Positions 16,761 to 26,417 of a stretch of 38,013 nt of DNA are shown here, one piece after another (position 1 is the first letter of the stretch; the number at the start of each line of letters is the position of its first letter). The position numbers and the translations under genes are program-made. The notes under the pieces are model-generated. The model saw only the letters and a list, made by a program, of their open reading frames with translations. It searched no databases and was not told where the DNA came from. Source of the DNA: Clostridia bacterium (GTDB lineage Bacteria > Bacillota > Clostridia > Oscillospirales > CAG-272); the NCBI GenBank assembly GCA_017532045.1, contig JAFXJW010000026.1:1-38013 (forward strand), written 5' to 3'.

Positions 16761-19700
16761 TTACTTGCCGTAGTTGTGGTTGTAGAACAGTGCGGTTCCG
16801 ACAGTTCCGAGACTGGGAACCTCAATGGGCATCTCGATGAACTGATGAGTGGTATCCACGTACATCTTGGTGATGGCGCCCGTGGAAGGATCTCTCTCAG
16901 ATTTGGTCAGCACGTCGGTGACAAGCTGGTCAACAGTGATGATACCGCCATCCTGGTAGCTAGGATAGATGACCTTACTGGTGTTGGGCTGGAGGTGGGC
17001 GAGATCGTTGAACAGCAGGGAAACGAGGATGAACTGATCGGACTCGTTTTGGATGTGTCCGAGCGCATTCCAACCAGCAGCCTCGCCACTGATAGGATCT
17101 TCGTTCTGACAAACGGTTACAATGCCGCCGACATTGCCATTAATGATCTCGGGTACGGTGGCGCCGCCTACCTTATAGTTCTGGAAATACGTGGTGTTAC
17201 CGGCGTTGAGGTTAGAGGACGTATTGATCGTGCCACTGATGGTGACCTGCTGGATCTCATTATCGTTGAGACCGGCCTCGTTGCATTCCTCAGGAGCAAG
17301 CTCCATGCCGGTAGCTCCGCAGGGGCCAAACGTTAGGTTTTCGAAGGTCATAATATTGGAGCGTGAGAATATGCCGGTAGAGAAGCAGTTATATACGTGA
17401 ACGTTGGAAACCTTTCCGTTACCTACTATTCCCAGGAAGCTCATGCCTGCATAGAACGCGGAAGATGTGATGTTGTTTGCGTCAATATAGTAGTGGCAAT
17501 TATATTCGCGCGATCCAATATTGATACCATGCGTGTAACAACCGATATTCATTTCGGTGCTACCCTCTTTTCTATAGAGCGCAGGATCGTAGTCAATAGG
17601 CTGATTTCCCTTTGTTTCAAGGTTGTAGAGATTTACACTATAAGTCTTATTATTGTTGGTGCCTGCGCTTACGTCGCCACCTGCATTCCAAGGTTCTGCG
17701 CTAAGCAAGGAGCTGATGTTGTATAGCTTATCGGTTACTCCGTATCTGTTGCAGTAATCATCGTATTCAACCTCGGTGAATACACGCATCTGGGAAGCGT
17801 CGATCTTGTGGTTGTTTCCGTTGATGTAAAGGCTCTTATTGACCGCCTGGATACGGTTGCTGCCCATAGCGGGAACCTCATCACGGGGACCGCGAAGGAT
17901 CTCGTCAATCGTCTGGTCATTCTGAGGCTTCAGGGCAACCAAGGGAACGAGGTCGTAGCCGTATTGGTAATTGTTTGCGCTTCCGTCGGGCTTTTCAAAA
18001 ACAGCAAAGTTGATCTGCTGTCCCTGATAAATGTCATTTCGAACTACCAGCCAAAGCTCTTCAAAGGTATTTACGTTGTATCCCTCGTTAATATTGAACG
18101 TATAGGATATGGTAGCCTCAACCTTACTTCCCGATGCGGAGCTGACGGTAACGACAACCTTACCGGTCTTCTTGAAGGTTATTGCACCATTCTCGTATAC
18201 AGCAACCTCATCGCCGGTAGCACCGCTCTCGTGACGGAAATTAAAGGCAAGATCCTTGCAAACAATTCCCGTTCCGCGAACTGTGGGAACAAAGGGCAAG
18301 CTGGACATTCCGGCAACCTCAACAACATTTCCACTGATACCTGTGATCGTATGGTCTATCATGGAGAAGGAGTACTCGATGTCTGTTCTCTCAGCGAATA
18401 CCTCGGGAAGAACGACTGCGTCGGGAGGAACGATGACGTTGACCTCTGCGGTCTCTACCACGTCGGTACCCTGAATGCGGATCTCCACGATGGCAGTACC
18501 GTGACCCTTCAGGTCGGTGAAGCTGCAGTTAGCGCCGCTTGCTGTAATACCGAGGTACTCAGCGCCCGAGATCACTCGGAACTCAAGAACCTTATCGGTA
18601 ACCTGCTCGTAGTTGTAGTTGTATACCGTTGCGACAAGAACGGGAGCGGCAGCCGTACCCTTCTTGTCTACCGTGAAGATATCCTTATCAAGGTCGATGT
18701 AGAACCTGGAAGCATTGATCTCCTCCTGGGAGGGCTGTACGATGAAGGTAAGAGCGTTACTTTCAACGTCACCTGCAACTGCCTTAATGGTAATTCTTGT
18801 TCCGGTTCTTGCCTCGGAGCTGATGATCAGCGTGTCGCCGTTGAAGGTTGCGTAGTTTGCTCCCTCAACAAACTGCCAGAGAATCTCCTGGTTTGCGTTT
18901 GTGGGGTTTACGATCTTATTCACGATGACCGCCTGACCTCTGAGAACCTCCGTATTGGCGGAGAGCTGAATGGATTCAACCTTGATCTCCTCGGTTGCGG
19001 GTCTTACCGTAAAGGTAAGAACGTTACTCTCAACAGAGCCGACAACGGCCTTGACAGAGATCCTGGAATCCTTCTCAACGTCAGGCTTGACTACCAGAAC
19101 GTTACCCGACATGGAAGCGAAGGTGTCACCCTGGACGATAACCCAGGAAAGCTTGTCGGTGGTGTCAGTGGGAGTGATATTGACGTTGATCGTTACACTG
19201 TGTCCTGCGATGGGAGAGAGATTGTCAGCAGAGATCTCAACCTTCGTTGCGGGCTTGCTGGTATCTCTTACCGTAAATACAAGCTCGTTGCTGTTCGTGG
19301 TGTCAGCCTTTGCAACGACCTTAACGACCGTACCTGCGGGAGCGTTCTCGCTAATAATCAGAACGTTGCCCGAGAGGGAAGCATGCTGTGCGCCCTCGGT
19401 GATGGAGAGGATAATGTGGTCTGTCGAGTCAGCGGGCTCGATCGTGCTCTTGATGATCATTGTCTGACCGGGCAAGAGGTTGAAATAATCGGCGGAAAGG
19501 GTAACCTTGGTGGCCTTGATCTCGGAGGAGGCGACCACGAACTTGAGGACGTTACTCTCTACGTCTCCCGCGGTTGCCTGAACCTTGATCACGTCGCCTG
19601 CGACTGCGGTATCCTTGATCATAAGAACGTCGCCGACCATCTCTGCCTTGTCGGAGCCCTCGATCACGGTCCACACAACCGTGTCGGTCGTGTTGGCGGG

Positions 19701-20717
19701 ATTTACGTCCTTACTGAGAACAACGCTCTGCCCTGCGAGAGGAGCGAGTTTGTTTGCGAAGATCTCAATGGACTCTGCCGCAACAGAGGTGTCACGCACG
19801 GTGAATACCAGCTCGCTGCTCTTCACGTCACCTGCGTATGCGACTACCTTGATCACAACGCCTGCGGTAGCATTCTTGCTGATGATCAGAACGTTGGCGG
19901 AGAGGGAAGCGAAATCCTCGCCGTCTACGATCTCATAGCGGATGGAGTCGGTAGAGTTGTCGGGGGTGATCTTGCCGGTCAGGACTACGCTCTCACCTAC
20001 CAGAGGATTGAGGGTAGGAGCGGTAACGGTAACGGCGGTTGCGGGAATCTCCTCAACCGAGCTTCTGACCGTGAGGGTCAGCTCGTTACTCTCAACGTCA
20101 CCGGAGGCGGCCTTGATCTTGATCACGGTGCCAACGGGGGCGGTCTCACTGACGGTGAGGGCATCACCCGCAACGGTGGCGAACTCTGCACCCTCGGTGA
20201 TGGTCCAGCTAATGGTCTGGGTAGCATCGGAGGGGTCAACCACCTTGGTCAGCACTATGGTCTGGCCTGCGGTGGGCTTATCCGTTGCCGCGCTGATCAC
20301 GATGGATTTAAGGGGAACGGAAATCTTAACGGTAATCGTGTTGGAATAGGAAGCGCCTTCCTTTGCCTGTACGGTTACGGTAGCGCCGTGGGGGGCGGTC
20401 TCGCTGATCTTGAGAACGTTTCCCACTACGGAAGCGTACTCAGATCCGCTTACAAGGATAAACTCGGTATCCTCAGAGGGAATATCCTCTGCTCCCTCAG
20501 CCTTCAGAACTGCGGAGAGATTCACGGATTCACCGCGGGTCGCCTCGCTCTTGTCTGCGGTAAGGGTCAGGGTGTATTCGATGGGCTTCTCTTCAGGAGC
20601 AGTCTCAGACTCTGTTTCAGACTCATACTCCGTAGGAATATCACATGCAGCGAAGCATGAAATGAGCAGAGCAAAGGCGAGAGTGAGGACAAGCATCCTT
20701 TTTAGTGCTGATGTCAT
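16761..20717 (-). CDS. Large surface lipoprotein with seven tandem ~88-aa Ig-like repeats and a distinct C-terminal domain
   Basis: AAGGAG RBS before ATG 20717; signal peptide ending FAAC; ESETESET linker; repeats with pattern G.SV.L...V.P...T....W....G...A...G..L.I...A..G..I.V.A..G.VESN.L.F.V. Confidence 0.88.
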   Translation of the reverse strand: MTSALKRMLVLTLAFALLISCFAACDIPTEYESETESETAPEEKPIEYTLTLTADKSEATRGESVNLSAVLKAEGAEDIPSEDTEFILVSGSEYASVVGNVLKISETAPHGATVTVQAKEGASYSNTITVKISVPLKSIVISAATDKPTAGQTIVLTKVVDPSDATQTISWTITEGAEFATVAGDALTVSETAPVGTVIKIKAASGDVESNELTLTVRSSVEEIPATAVTVTAPTLNPLVGESVVLTGKITPDNSTDSIRYEIVDGEDFASLSANVLIISKNATAGVVIKVVAYAGDVKSSELVFTVRDTSVAAESIEIFANKLAPLAGQSVVLSKDVNPANTTDTVVWTVIEGSDKAEMVGDVLMIKDTAVAGDVIKVQATAGDVESNVLKFVVASSEIKATKVTLSADYFNLLPGQTMIIKSTIEPADSTDHIILSITEGAQHASLSGNVLIISENAPAGTVVKVVAKADTTNSNELVFTVRDTSKPATKVEISADNLSPIAGHSVTINVNITPTDTTDKLSWVIVQGDTFASMSGNVLVVKPDVEKDSRISVKAVVGSVESNVLTFTVRPATEEIKVESIQLSANTEVLRGQAVIVNKIVNPTNANQEILWQFVEGANYATFNGDTLIISSEARTGTRITIKAVAGDVESNALTFIVQPSQEEINASRFYIDLDKDIFTVDKKGTAAAPVLVATVYNYNYEQVTDKVLEFRVISGAEYLGITASGANCSFTDLKGHGTAIVEIRIQGTDVVETAEVNVIVPPDAVVLPEVFAERTDIEYSFSMIDHTITGISGNVVEVAGMSSLPFVPTVRGTGIVCKDLAFNFRHESGATGDEVAVYENGAITFKKTGKVVVTVSSASGSKVEATISYTFNINEGYNVNTFEELWLVVRNDIYQGQQINFAVFEKPDGSANNYQYGYDLVPLVALKPQNDQTIDEILRGPRDEVPAMGSNRIQAVNKSLYINGNNHKIDASQMRVFTEVEYDDYCNRYGVTDKLYNISSLLSAEPWNAGGDVSAGTNNNKTYSVNLYNLETKGNQPIDYDPALYRKEGSTEMNIGCYTHGINIGSREYNCHYYIDANNITSSAFYAGMSFLGIVGNGKVSNVHVYNCFSTGIFSRSNIMTFENLTFGPCGATGMELAPEECNEAGLNDNEIQQVTISGTINTSSNLNAGNTTYFQNYKVGGATVPEIINGNVGGIVTVCQNEDPISGEAAGWNALGHIQNESDQFILVSLLFNDLAHLQPNTSKVIYPSYQDGGIITVDQLVTDVLTKSERDPSTGAITKMYVDTTHQFIEMPIEVPSLGTVGTALFYNHNYGK

Positions 20718-20785
20718 AGTACATCTCCTTTTTCCTTTTTCATTGGGGGGGTCATTTATATATAAAGAGCTGAAGCTCATTATTT

Positions 20786-21742
20786 TCACTGGGCCGTTTG
20801 GAGACCGAACTTATATTCGATCTTCTGAGTGGGAGCATTCTCGTCACCCACGTAGGCCATAACGGTAAATGTACCGTCCAGATAAATTTCGAGAATTCCG
20901 TTTTCGTTAATCTTTGCGCGTTGCATTTTGTTCTCGCCCGAGCCCTTGTACTCGTTGGCCACGATCTTGATCTTAACGTCGTCAGGATTGATGGTCCCAT
21001 CAGTCTTGAGTACGGCACGGAGGTCGATGATCTTCTCGGTGGTGACGTAAATGTCGCTGGCATTCTTGTTGATGTTGGGATTCCCGTCAAAGTCAAAGTA
21101 GATGGGAAGCACGCCCTCGACTACCGTTACTGTACAGGTGTCGACCCTCTCGCCAAGCTCGGTGGTTACGGTGATGACGGCTGTTCCCGTGCCTCTTGCT
21201 TTAACGTTGCCGTTGACGTCTACGGTTGCGACGCTTGTGTTGGAGGAGGTGTATTTAACAGCCTTGTTTACTGCAACGGGAGCGTCAACCTCACAGGAGA
21301 GGGTGTACGTCTGACCGACCTTGAGATCAAGCTCATGGTCCGAAAGAGCAACCGCAAAGGGAACCTTAGCGGTTACCTCAACGTTCAGAACGAAGGTCTT
21401 GTTGCCGTCCTGCGTCTTGACCGTTACTGTGGTATTTCCCCAGTGAACACCTGTGATGATGCCGTTTTCGTCAACGGTGCAGATGGATTCGTCCTGAGAA
21501 GAATAGGTTACGGCTTTGTTGGAGGCCAGCTTTGGGTATACGTTTACGATGGTCTCCTTGCTCTTGCCTTGCTCCACCGTAAAGAAGAGATCGCCCTCGT
21601 AGACGGAATTCATTCTGTCCACGACCTCAACCTTTTCCACGGGGATATACTGGTAAAGAGCCAGTATGCGTCCTGCGAATGCGATGACGACCAGCAGAAC
21701 GATGGGAAGCACCGCAAGAATGATCAATATAGTTTTTTTCAT
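20786..21742 (-). CDS. Membrane-anchored protein with two Big_2-type Ig-like domains
   Basis: N-terminal hydrophobic helix; ASNKAVTYSSQDESICTVDENG.ITG..G...VTV.T.DG and NKAVKYTSSNTSVATVDVNG.V.A.G.G.A.ITVTT. Confidence 0.88.
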   Translation of the reverse strand: MKKTILIILAVLPIVLLVVIAFAGRILALYQYIPVEKVEVVDRMNSVYEGDLFFTVEQGKSKETIVNVYPKLASNKAVTYSSQDESICTVDENGIITGVHWGNTTVTVKTQDGNKTFVLNVEVTAKVPFAVALSDHELDLKVGQTYTLSCEVDAPVAVNKAVKYTSSNTSVATVDVNGNVKARGTGTAVITVTTELGERVDTCTVTVVEGVLPIYFDFDGNPNINKNASDIYVTTEKIIDLRAVLKTDGTINPDDVKIKIVANEYKGSGENKMQRAKINENGILEIYLDGTFTVMAYVGDENAPTQKIEYKFGLQTAQ

Positions 21743-21807
21743 AGAATAAATGTTACCTTTCTTGGCCACTTGCGGAGGCATTGCCCCCACAGATTGACAA
21801 AAACAAA

Positions 21808-23415
21808 TTACATCTCGATCTTATGGTAGCTGCAGTTGATTCTGAGGATCATATCCACGATTCTGTTTACCATATACAGGAACGACAGAGCAATGATGAT
21901 CCAGTAGGGAAGGGAGGGGTTTTTCACCGCAGACATGAGGATCACGATCATACCGAGGATGAAGCCCACCAAAAGGCCAACCACCAGACATCTCGTGGTG
22001 CTCTTACTCACCGTGGAGGATTCTTCGTCACCGACGGCGCTGATGGTGGGATTCCTGATATCACAGCTGATGCTGTATGCGATGTGACCGATGGCCGCCA
22101 TGGCGACGGCGATGCTGCCCATCACGATTTGCCAGGAGGGATAATCGAATGCGAGGAAGGAGATCACGGCGGTCAGGATGATAGCGCCTATGGTGAATAC
22201 CGCATTGAAGGAGAATTTTACGAGCATCTGTGTGAAGAAATTCACGGGAATCGTTTTGGACGTGTGGAAGTTTCCGCCGTCACGGGAAACGGCCGAGGCG
22301 GAGGAGATGTTCGACAGCATAGCCATGATGGCAACCACCATGACGTGTGCGCCTGCGATCATGTTGATGCCCGCCTGATTGACTGTGATGGTCATGAGCA
22401 GACGGTCGTAGGAAAATACGATGAAGGGCATCAGGATGGTGAAGAGGAAGTATTCGAATATTTCGGCGCTGGAGCGGAATACGCAGAAAACTTCCTTTCT
22501 GAAAAGAGTTGCGAAGCGGGATCTTTTTCTGAATTTCTTGGTCTTGGCTTTTACCTTAACGGTGTTCTCAAGGCTGGTCATAGCCATCTTGAAGAAAAGT
22601 CTTCTTGTAAAGAGAACCGCGATAACCGACACGGCCACACAAAGAACAATGAATATGGGGAACCAATGCCACATGGTAAAGGTGGTCATGGCTCGACCGA
22701 GCTGGTAGTACAGTGGGATCTTTCTTCCGACCATGGCAATCACGTTGTTGATTTCAAGGACGGTTTCGATCTGCTTGTCGGTAATATTGAATTCGCTGGC
22801 AATGCTTCCGATGGCGGAAAGATAACCCCAAAGGCAAACGCTGACGATGCTGAATATGACTACGATAGCCAGGAGGGTATGCTTTTTCAGGAATTTGATG
22901 ATCCACATGACGGGGATGCTCAAAAACGCCGCAACAACGATGGGGAAGACAGGCAGGAGCATAACCAAAAGCGGCAGGGAGAGAAAGAAGCTCACACCGG
23001 CGCTTGAGAAGATACCGAGGGTGACGAATATAGGCAACGTGATCAGCGCGTTAACCGCAACCTCCTTGATATAGATGACAAGGAGCTTGGAAATGAAAAG
23101 CTGATTGGAGGTAACGGGCAAGCATATAAGCATTTCGTTATCTCTGTTCAGATACAGCGTATTGATGACGTTTCCTACCGCAAAGGCAAGAGAGAGTAGC
23201 TGTGTAACAAGAAGCACCAAGCTGAAAAGCTCCGCATTGATCGCAAAGCCCAGGGAGAAAATGCGCGCAAGTCCGATCCAGACTACTGCGGTGGCGGCTA
23301 CCAGCAACGCGATGGCCTTCAGCAGAGCGGGAAACATGATTTTCGGAGACGTCATTTTCAGGAGGTTGGTCTTGTTATCCAGTTGCATCCTTAAGAGCGA
23401 CAAGATATTTTTCAT
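21808..23415 (-). CDS. ABC-2 type exporter permease (about 12-14 TM)
   Basis: LICLPVT..QLFISKL, FRKEV, AVSRDG..F...KTIPV motifs; follows the ATPase. Confidence 0.88.
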   Translation of the reverse strand: MKNILSLLRMQLDNKTNLLKMTSPKIMFPALLKAIALLVAATAVVWIGLARIFSLGFAINAELFSLVLLVTQLLSLAFAVGNVINTLYLNRDNEMLICLPVTSNQLFISKLLVIYIKEVAVNALITLPIFVTLGIFSSAGVSFFLSLPLLVMLLPVFPIVVAAFLSIPVMWIIKFLKKHTLLAIVVIFSIVSVCLWGYLSAIGSIASEFNITDKQIETVLEINNVIAMVGRKIPLYYQLGRAMTTFTMWHWFPIFIVLCVAVSVIAVLFTRRLFFKMAMTSLENTVKVKAKTKKFRKRSRFATLFRKEVFCVFRSSAEIFEYFLFTILMPFIVFSYDRLLMTITVNQAGINMIAGAHVMVVAIMAMLSNISSASAVSRDGGNFHTSKTIPVNFFTQMLVKFSFNAVFTIGAIILTAVISFLAFDYPSWQIVMGSIAVAMAAIGHIAYSISCDIRNPTISAVGDEESSTVSKSTTRCLVVGLLVGFILGMIVILMSAVKNPSLPYWIIIALSFLYMVNRIVDMILRINCSYHKIEM

Positions 23416-23418
23416 CCC

Positions 23419-24147
23419 TTATACCTCTTCGATCTCGCCGATGATTTCCATGAATATCTTCTCAAGAGATTCTCCGCGAGCCTTCAGCTCGGCAATGTCG
23501 TATACTCCCTGAAGCTTACCGCCCTTGATGATACAACAGCGGTCACAGAGATTTTCAACCACGTCGAGAATATGTGAGCTGAAGAATACGGTGTTACCCT
23601 CGGCCGCATGCTGCTTCATAACCTGCTTGAGCTGATAGGAGCTCATGGGGTCAAGTCCCGTAAGCGGCTCGTCGAGTACCCAAAGCTTGGGATTGTGTAC
23701 CAGCGCCGCAATAACCGAGATCTTCTGCTTCATACCGTGAGAGTAGCTCTTGATGGGGTTATTAAACGCCGCGCGAAGCTTGAAGATATCGAGAAGCCGA
23801 TCCGTTCTCTCCTTGGCAAGCTGGGGATCTACACGGTAGAGGTTTGCGATGTGGTTGATGTATTCCTGGCCCGTGAGTCTCTCAAAAACCGCATGGTTAT
23901 CCGAAACGTAGCCGATCTGCATCTTGGCGCGCAAGGGGTCGGTCTTGATGGATACCCCGTCTATGAGGATATCTCCTTGCTGAAAAGGGTAGATTCCCAT
24001 AAGGCTCTTGATGGTGGTACTCTTTCCGGCACCGTTAGGACCGAGGAAGCCGTATATTTCACCTGCCTTCAGAGAAAACGAAAGATCCTCTACGGCGTTT
24101 ACCTGAGAGTTGCCATAGCTCTTTGTAAGATTTTTTATCTCTAACAT
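23419..24147 (-). CDS. ABC exporter ATP-binding protein
   Basis: GPNGAGKST, YSHGMKQK, LDEPLTGLDP, SSH. Confidence 0.96.
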   Translation of the reverse strand: MLEIKNLTKSYGNSQVNAVEDLSFSLKAGEIYGFLGPNGAGKSTTIKSLMGIYPFQQGDILIDGVSIKTDPLRAKMQIGYVSDNHAVFERLTGQEYINHIANLYRVDPQLAKERTDRLLDIFKLRAAFNNPIKSYSHGMKQKISVIAALVHNPKLWVLDEPLTGLDPMSSYQLKQVMKQHAAEGNTVFFSSHILDVVENLCDRCCIIKGGKLQGVYDIAELKARGESLEKIFMEIIGEIEEV

Positions 24148-24163
24148 CTGTAGTACTCCTTAC

Positions 24164-25591
24164 TTATTCTGTAATGTTCTCAGGAAGCTTCGTTTTTCTT
24201 CCCTTAATTTTCTTGCACAGATCAACCGCCGAATGGTGAAGCTCGATGACCTTGTCCTCGTACCGGTATAGCCATTTCATAAAGAGGAAGAATCCCATAC
24301 AGAGGAGGGAATAGCCAACGTACACGATGGCGAACACCAGCGGATATACTACGAATCTGCCGAACTCGAAGTAGTAGTCCTCTATGAATTGCAGGAAGGG
24401 GAAATAATCGAAGGCGATCTTGAAATCAAACATATAGAAATAGTTCACCGTTTCTCCGGTTACGTCCTGATATCCGTTCAGGATCGTTCCGAGAATATAG
24501 CAGAAAACGATGTAAATGGAGAACCCCGCGAAATAATATCCAATGCTTTTCTTTGTAAGACGGGGGAATACTCGAAGACCCATACAAATGGCGGGAACGA
24601 TCAGAACGTAGGAATGCTCAAGCAGGAAGTGCACGTTCCAGAATCCCGTGTAGCCCACACCGAAGTCGGGCGCGAGAATAGCGAACATGGTTCCCACAAT
24701 GTTGGCGATGAAGCCGTAGTGGAACAGTTTCTTCCACTTGAATGCGAAGGCCGCAAGGAAGGTGTAGGCGGCGAAGTTACAAAGCTGGAAGGGGAGTCTC
24801 TTGAGGGTGAGTCCCATGAGGTAGAGGGAATTGTAATGGAAGAAAAGAACCAGCACCATGAAGAGGCAGACGCTGTATCTGACCTCGTAGCTTTGGAATC
24901 TGAATATGTAATAGATAATCAAACCGATAGCGAGGGTCGAGCCGATCCAGATGAGATGGTAGGGGCTGAACCACTGAGGAGTCAGGTTATTGGTTCCGAA
25001 GAAGCTGGGGATTGCGTATACGGGAATCATGATAAGAACAACTGCGGGGACACCCAGGATATAGTTTCTCCACTCCTTGATATCCTTGAAGTTGAACACG
25101 TGGCGATCGCCTACATGCAGGATAATGGGGATGATGATAGCAAGCACAAGCTCAGCCGCAAAGAACGCGTATCTGAATTCGGGGGTCAGGTGATAGCCCA
25201 TACCCGTGGGATCCAGGAAGTAATTCATGAAGTCCTCGTAGTACACGGCGGAGAGGATGGAGAAGGGGAGGGAAAAATATCCCGCCATATTTCGGAAGAA
25301 TCGGTTCTTTGTAAATACGGCTGTCGTCAGAACCGCATAGTTGGTGTAATAGCCCCAACGAAGGATCACGTTGAAGAAGTCGGTTTCTTCGTAGCGCACA
25401 CCCTGGAACCAGCCTCCGTTGATCACGTATGTAATGGAGTCAGAAAGGAAGAACCGTACAAATCCAACCGCACAGAAAATAACGGTGATGGTTTTGAGTA
25501 TGTTATGGCGACAGTTTTCGTGCTTTTTGCAAAGAAGCAACACCAACGCACTGATTACAGCGGCGGATGAAAAAATAATAGCTTGATACAT
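24164..25591 (-). CDS. YwaF/TMEM164-like integral membrane protein with an extra N-terminal membrane domain
   Basis: GGAGA RBS before ATG 25591; C-half FSPYHLIWI, RLPFQLCN, AILAPD, FLLEH, N...NYFYM; N-half about 6 further TM segments. Confidence 0.75.
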   Translation of the reverse strand: MYQAIIFSSAAVISALVLLLCKKHENCRHNILKTITVIFCAVGFVRFFLSDSITYVINGGWFQGVRYEETDFFNVILRWGYYTNYAVLTTAVFTKNRFFRNMAGYFSLPFSILSAVYYEDFMNYFLDPTGMGYHLTPEFRYAFFAAELVLAIIIPIILHVGDRHVFNFKDIKEWRNYILGVPAVVLIMIPVYAIPSFFGTNNLTPQWFSPYHLIWIGSTLAIGLIIYYIFRFQSYEVRYSVCLFMVLVLFFHYNSLYLMGLTLKRLPFQLCNFAAYTFLAAFAFKWKKLFHYGFIANIVGTMFAILAPDFGVGYTGFWNVHFLLEHSYVLIVPAICMGLRVFPRLTKKSIGYYFAGFSIYIVFCYILGTILNGYQDVTGETVNYFYMFDFKIAFDYFPFLQFIEDYYFEFGRFVVYPLVFAIVYVGYSLLCMGFFLFMKWLYRYEDKVIELHHSAVDLCKKIKGRKTKLPENITE

Positions 25592-25683
25592 GATTTCTCC
25601 TATACAATAACGTAGCGTTTGTACTTGCGGCAGGCGGTTCGCGGCTGCAAAGTCCGTCCGCACCAAATGTCACTTTCTTCATA

Positions 25684-25712
25684 ATTATACACCAAATCCG
25701 ACAAAAAGTCAA
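25684..25712 (-). promoter_or_regulatory. sigma-A-type promoter of the YwaF-ABC-Ig operon
   Basis: minus strand TTGACT-17bp-TATAAT. Confidence 0.8.
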
Positions 25713-26050
25713 CCCTTTCGCCCCGAGGGGGGATTTTTCGCTATTTTACAACAAAAATTAAGCACTCCGTTTTTGTTTTTGTGGGCAAATGACCGCGTTT
25801 TATGGTACTTACTGGTAGAAATGGAAAAAGCAGAAAATATGTGACCCGTTTTGCCCTTTGGGAAAGTCGAAATGCGGACATTTTTGTCGCTCAAAGCAAA
25901 ATGTTTTCGGTTTCGTCATCGAATCAGGCCAGAAAATTAATATATGTTGGACATGAAATTGCCGCTTTTTGACAGATTTGGTTGGAGTTCTCGGGATTTT
26001 ATGGTATTTCCTTCCAAATTAAATGGAGGTGTGAAAGCTCTGTAGAGGAG

Positions 26051-26079
26051 TTGAATTATGGCGTAAAGTATGATATAAT
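26051..26079 (+). promoter_or_regulatory. sigma-A-type promoter
   Basis: TTGAAT-17bp-TATAAT with extended -10 TG. Confidence 0.6.
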
Positions 26080-26211
26080 AAAAAGGAAATGAAATGCATG
26101 GATAACAAGTCCTTTGTATACAGAATAGCTTGAAAAGACAATTTCTAATAGTGTATGATGCAGCAATAAAGAGGTTAAAGGGCTGTATAGGCATGAAAGG
26201 GAGGGGAACAT

Positions 26212-26373
26212 ATGATGCTTGAAACCAAACGCCTCATCATCAGAGAATACACGACGAGGGATTTCGACACCCTGTTCGAGATCCTATCCGATGAGGAAAC
26301 CATGAAATATTATCCCGGTCCCTACGACGAGAAGGGGCTACCGTGTAAACGTACGGCAGAAAAGGGATGCTGA
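26212..26373 (+). pseudogene. Truncated RimJ/RimL-type GNAT acetyltransferase (N-terminal fragment)
   Basis: GGAGGGG RBS; MMLETKRLIIREYTTRDFDTLFEILSDEETMKYYP..Y then stop after 53 codons; not in the ORF track (below its length cut-off). Confidence 0.75.
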
Positions 26374-26417
26374 GAAAATCAGATTTATTGAAAATAAATT
26401 GCGAGAGGGATCAGACC

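Noticed and set aside
17808-20660. 950-aa plus-strand ORF
   Set aside because: Antisense shadow of the Ig-repeat lipoprotein gene
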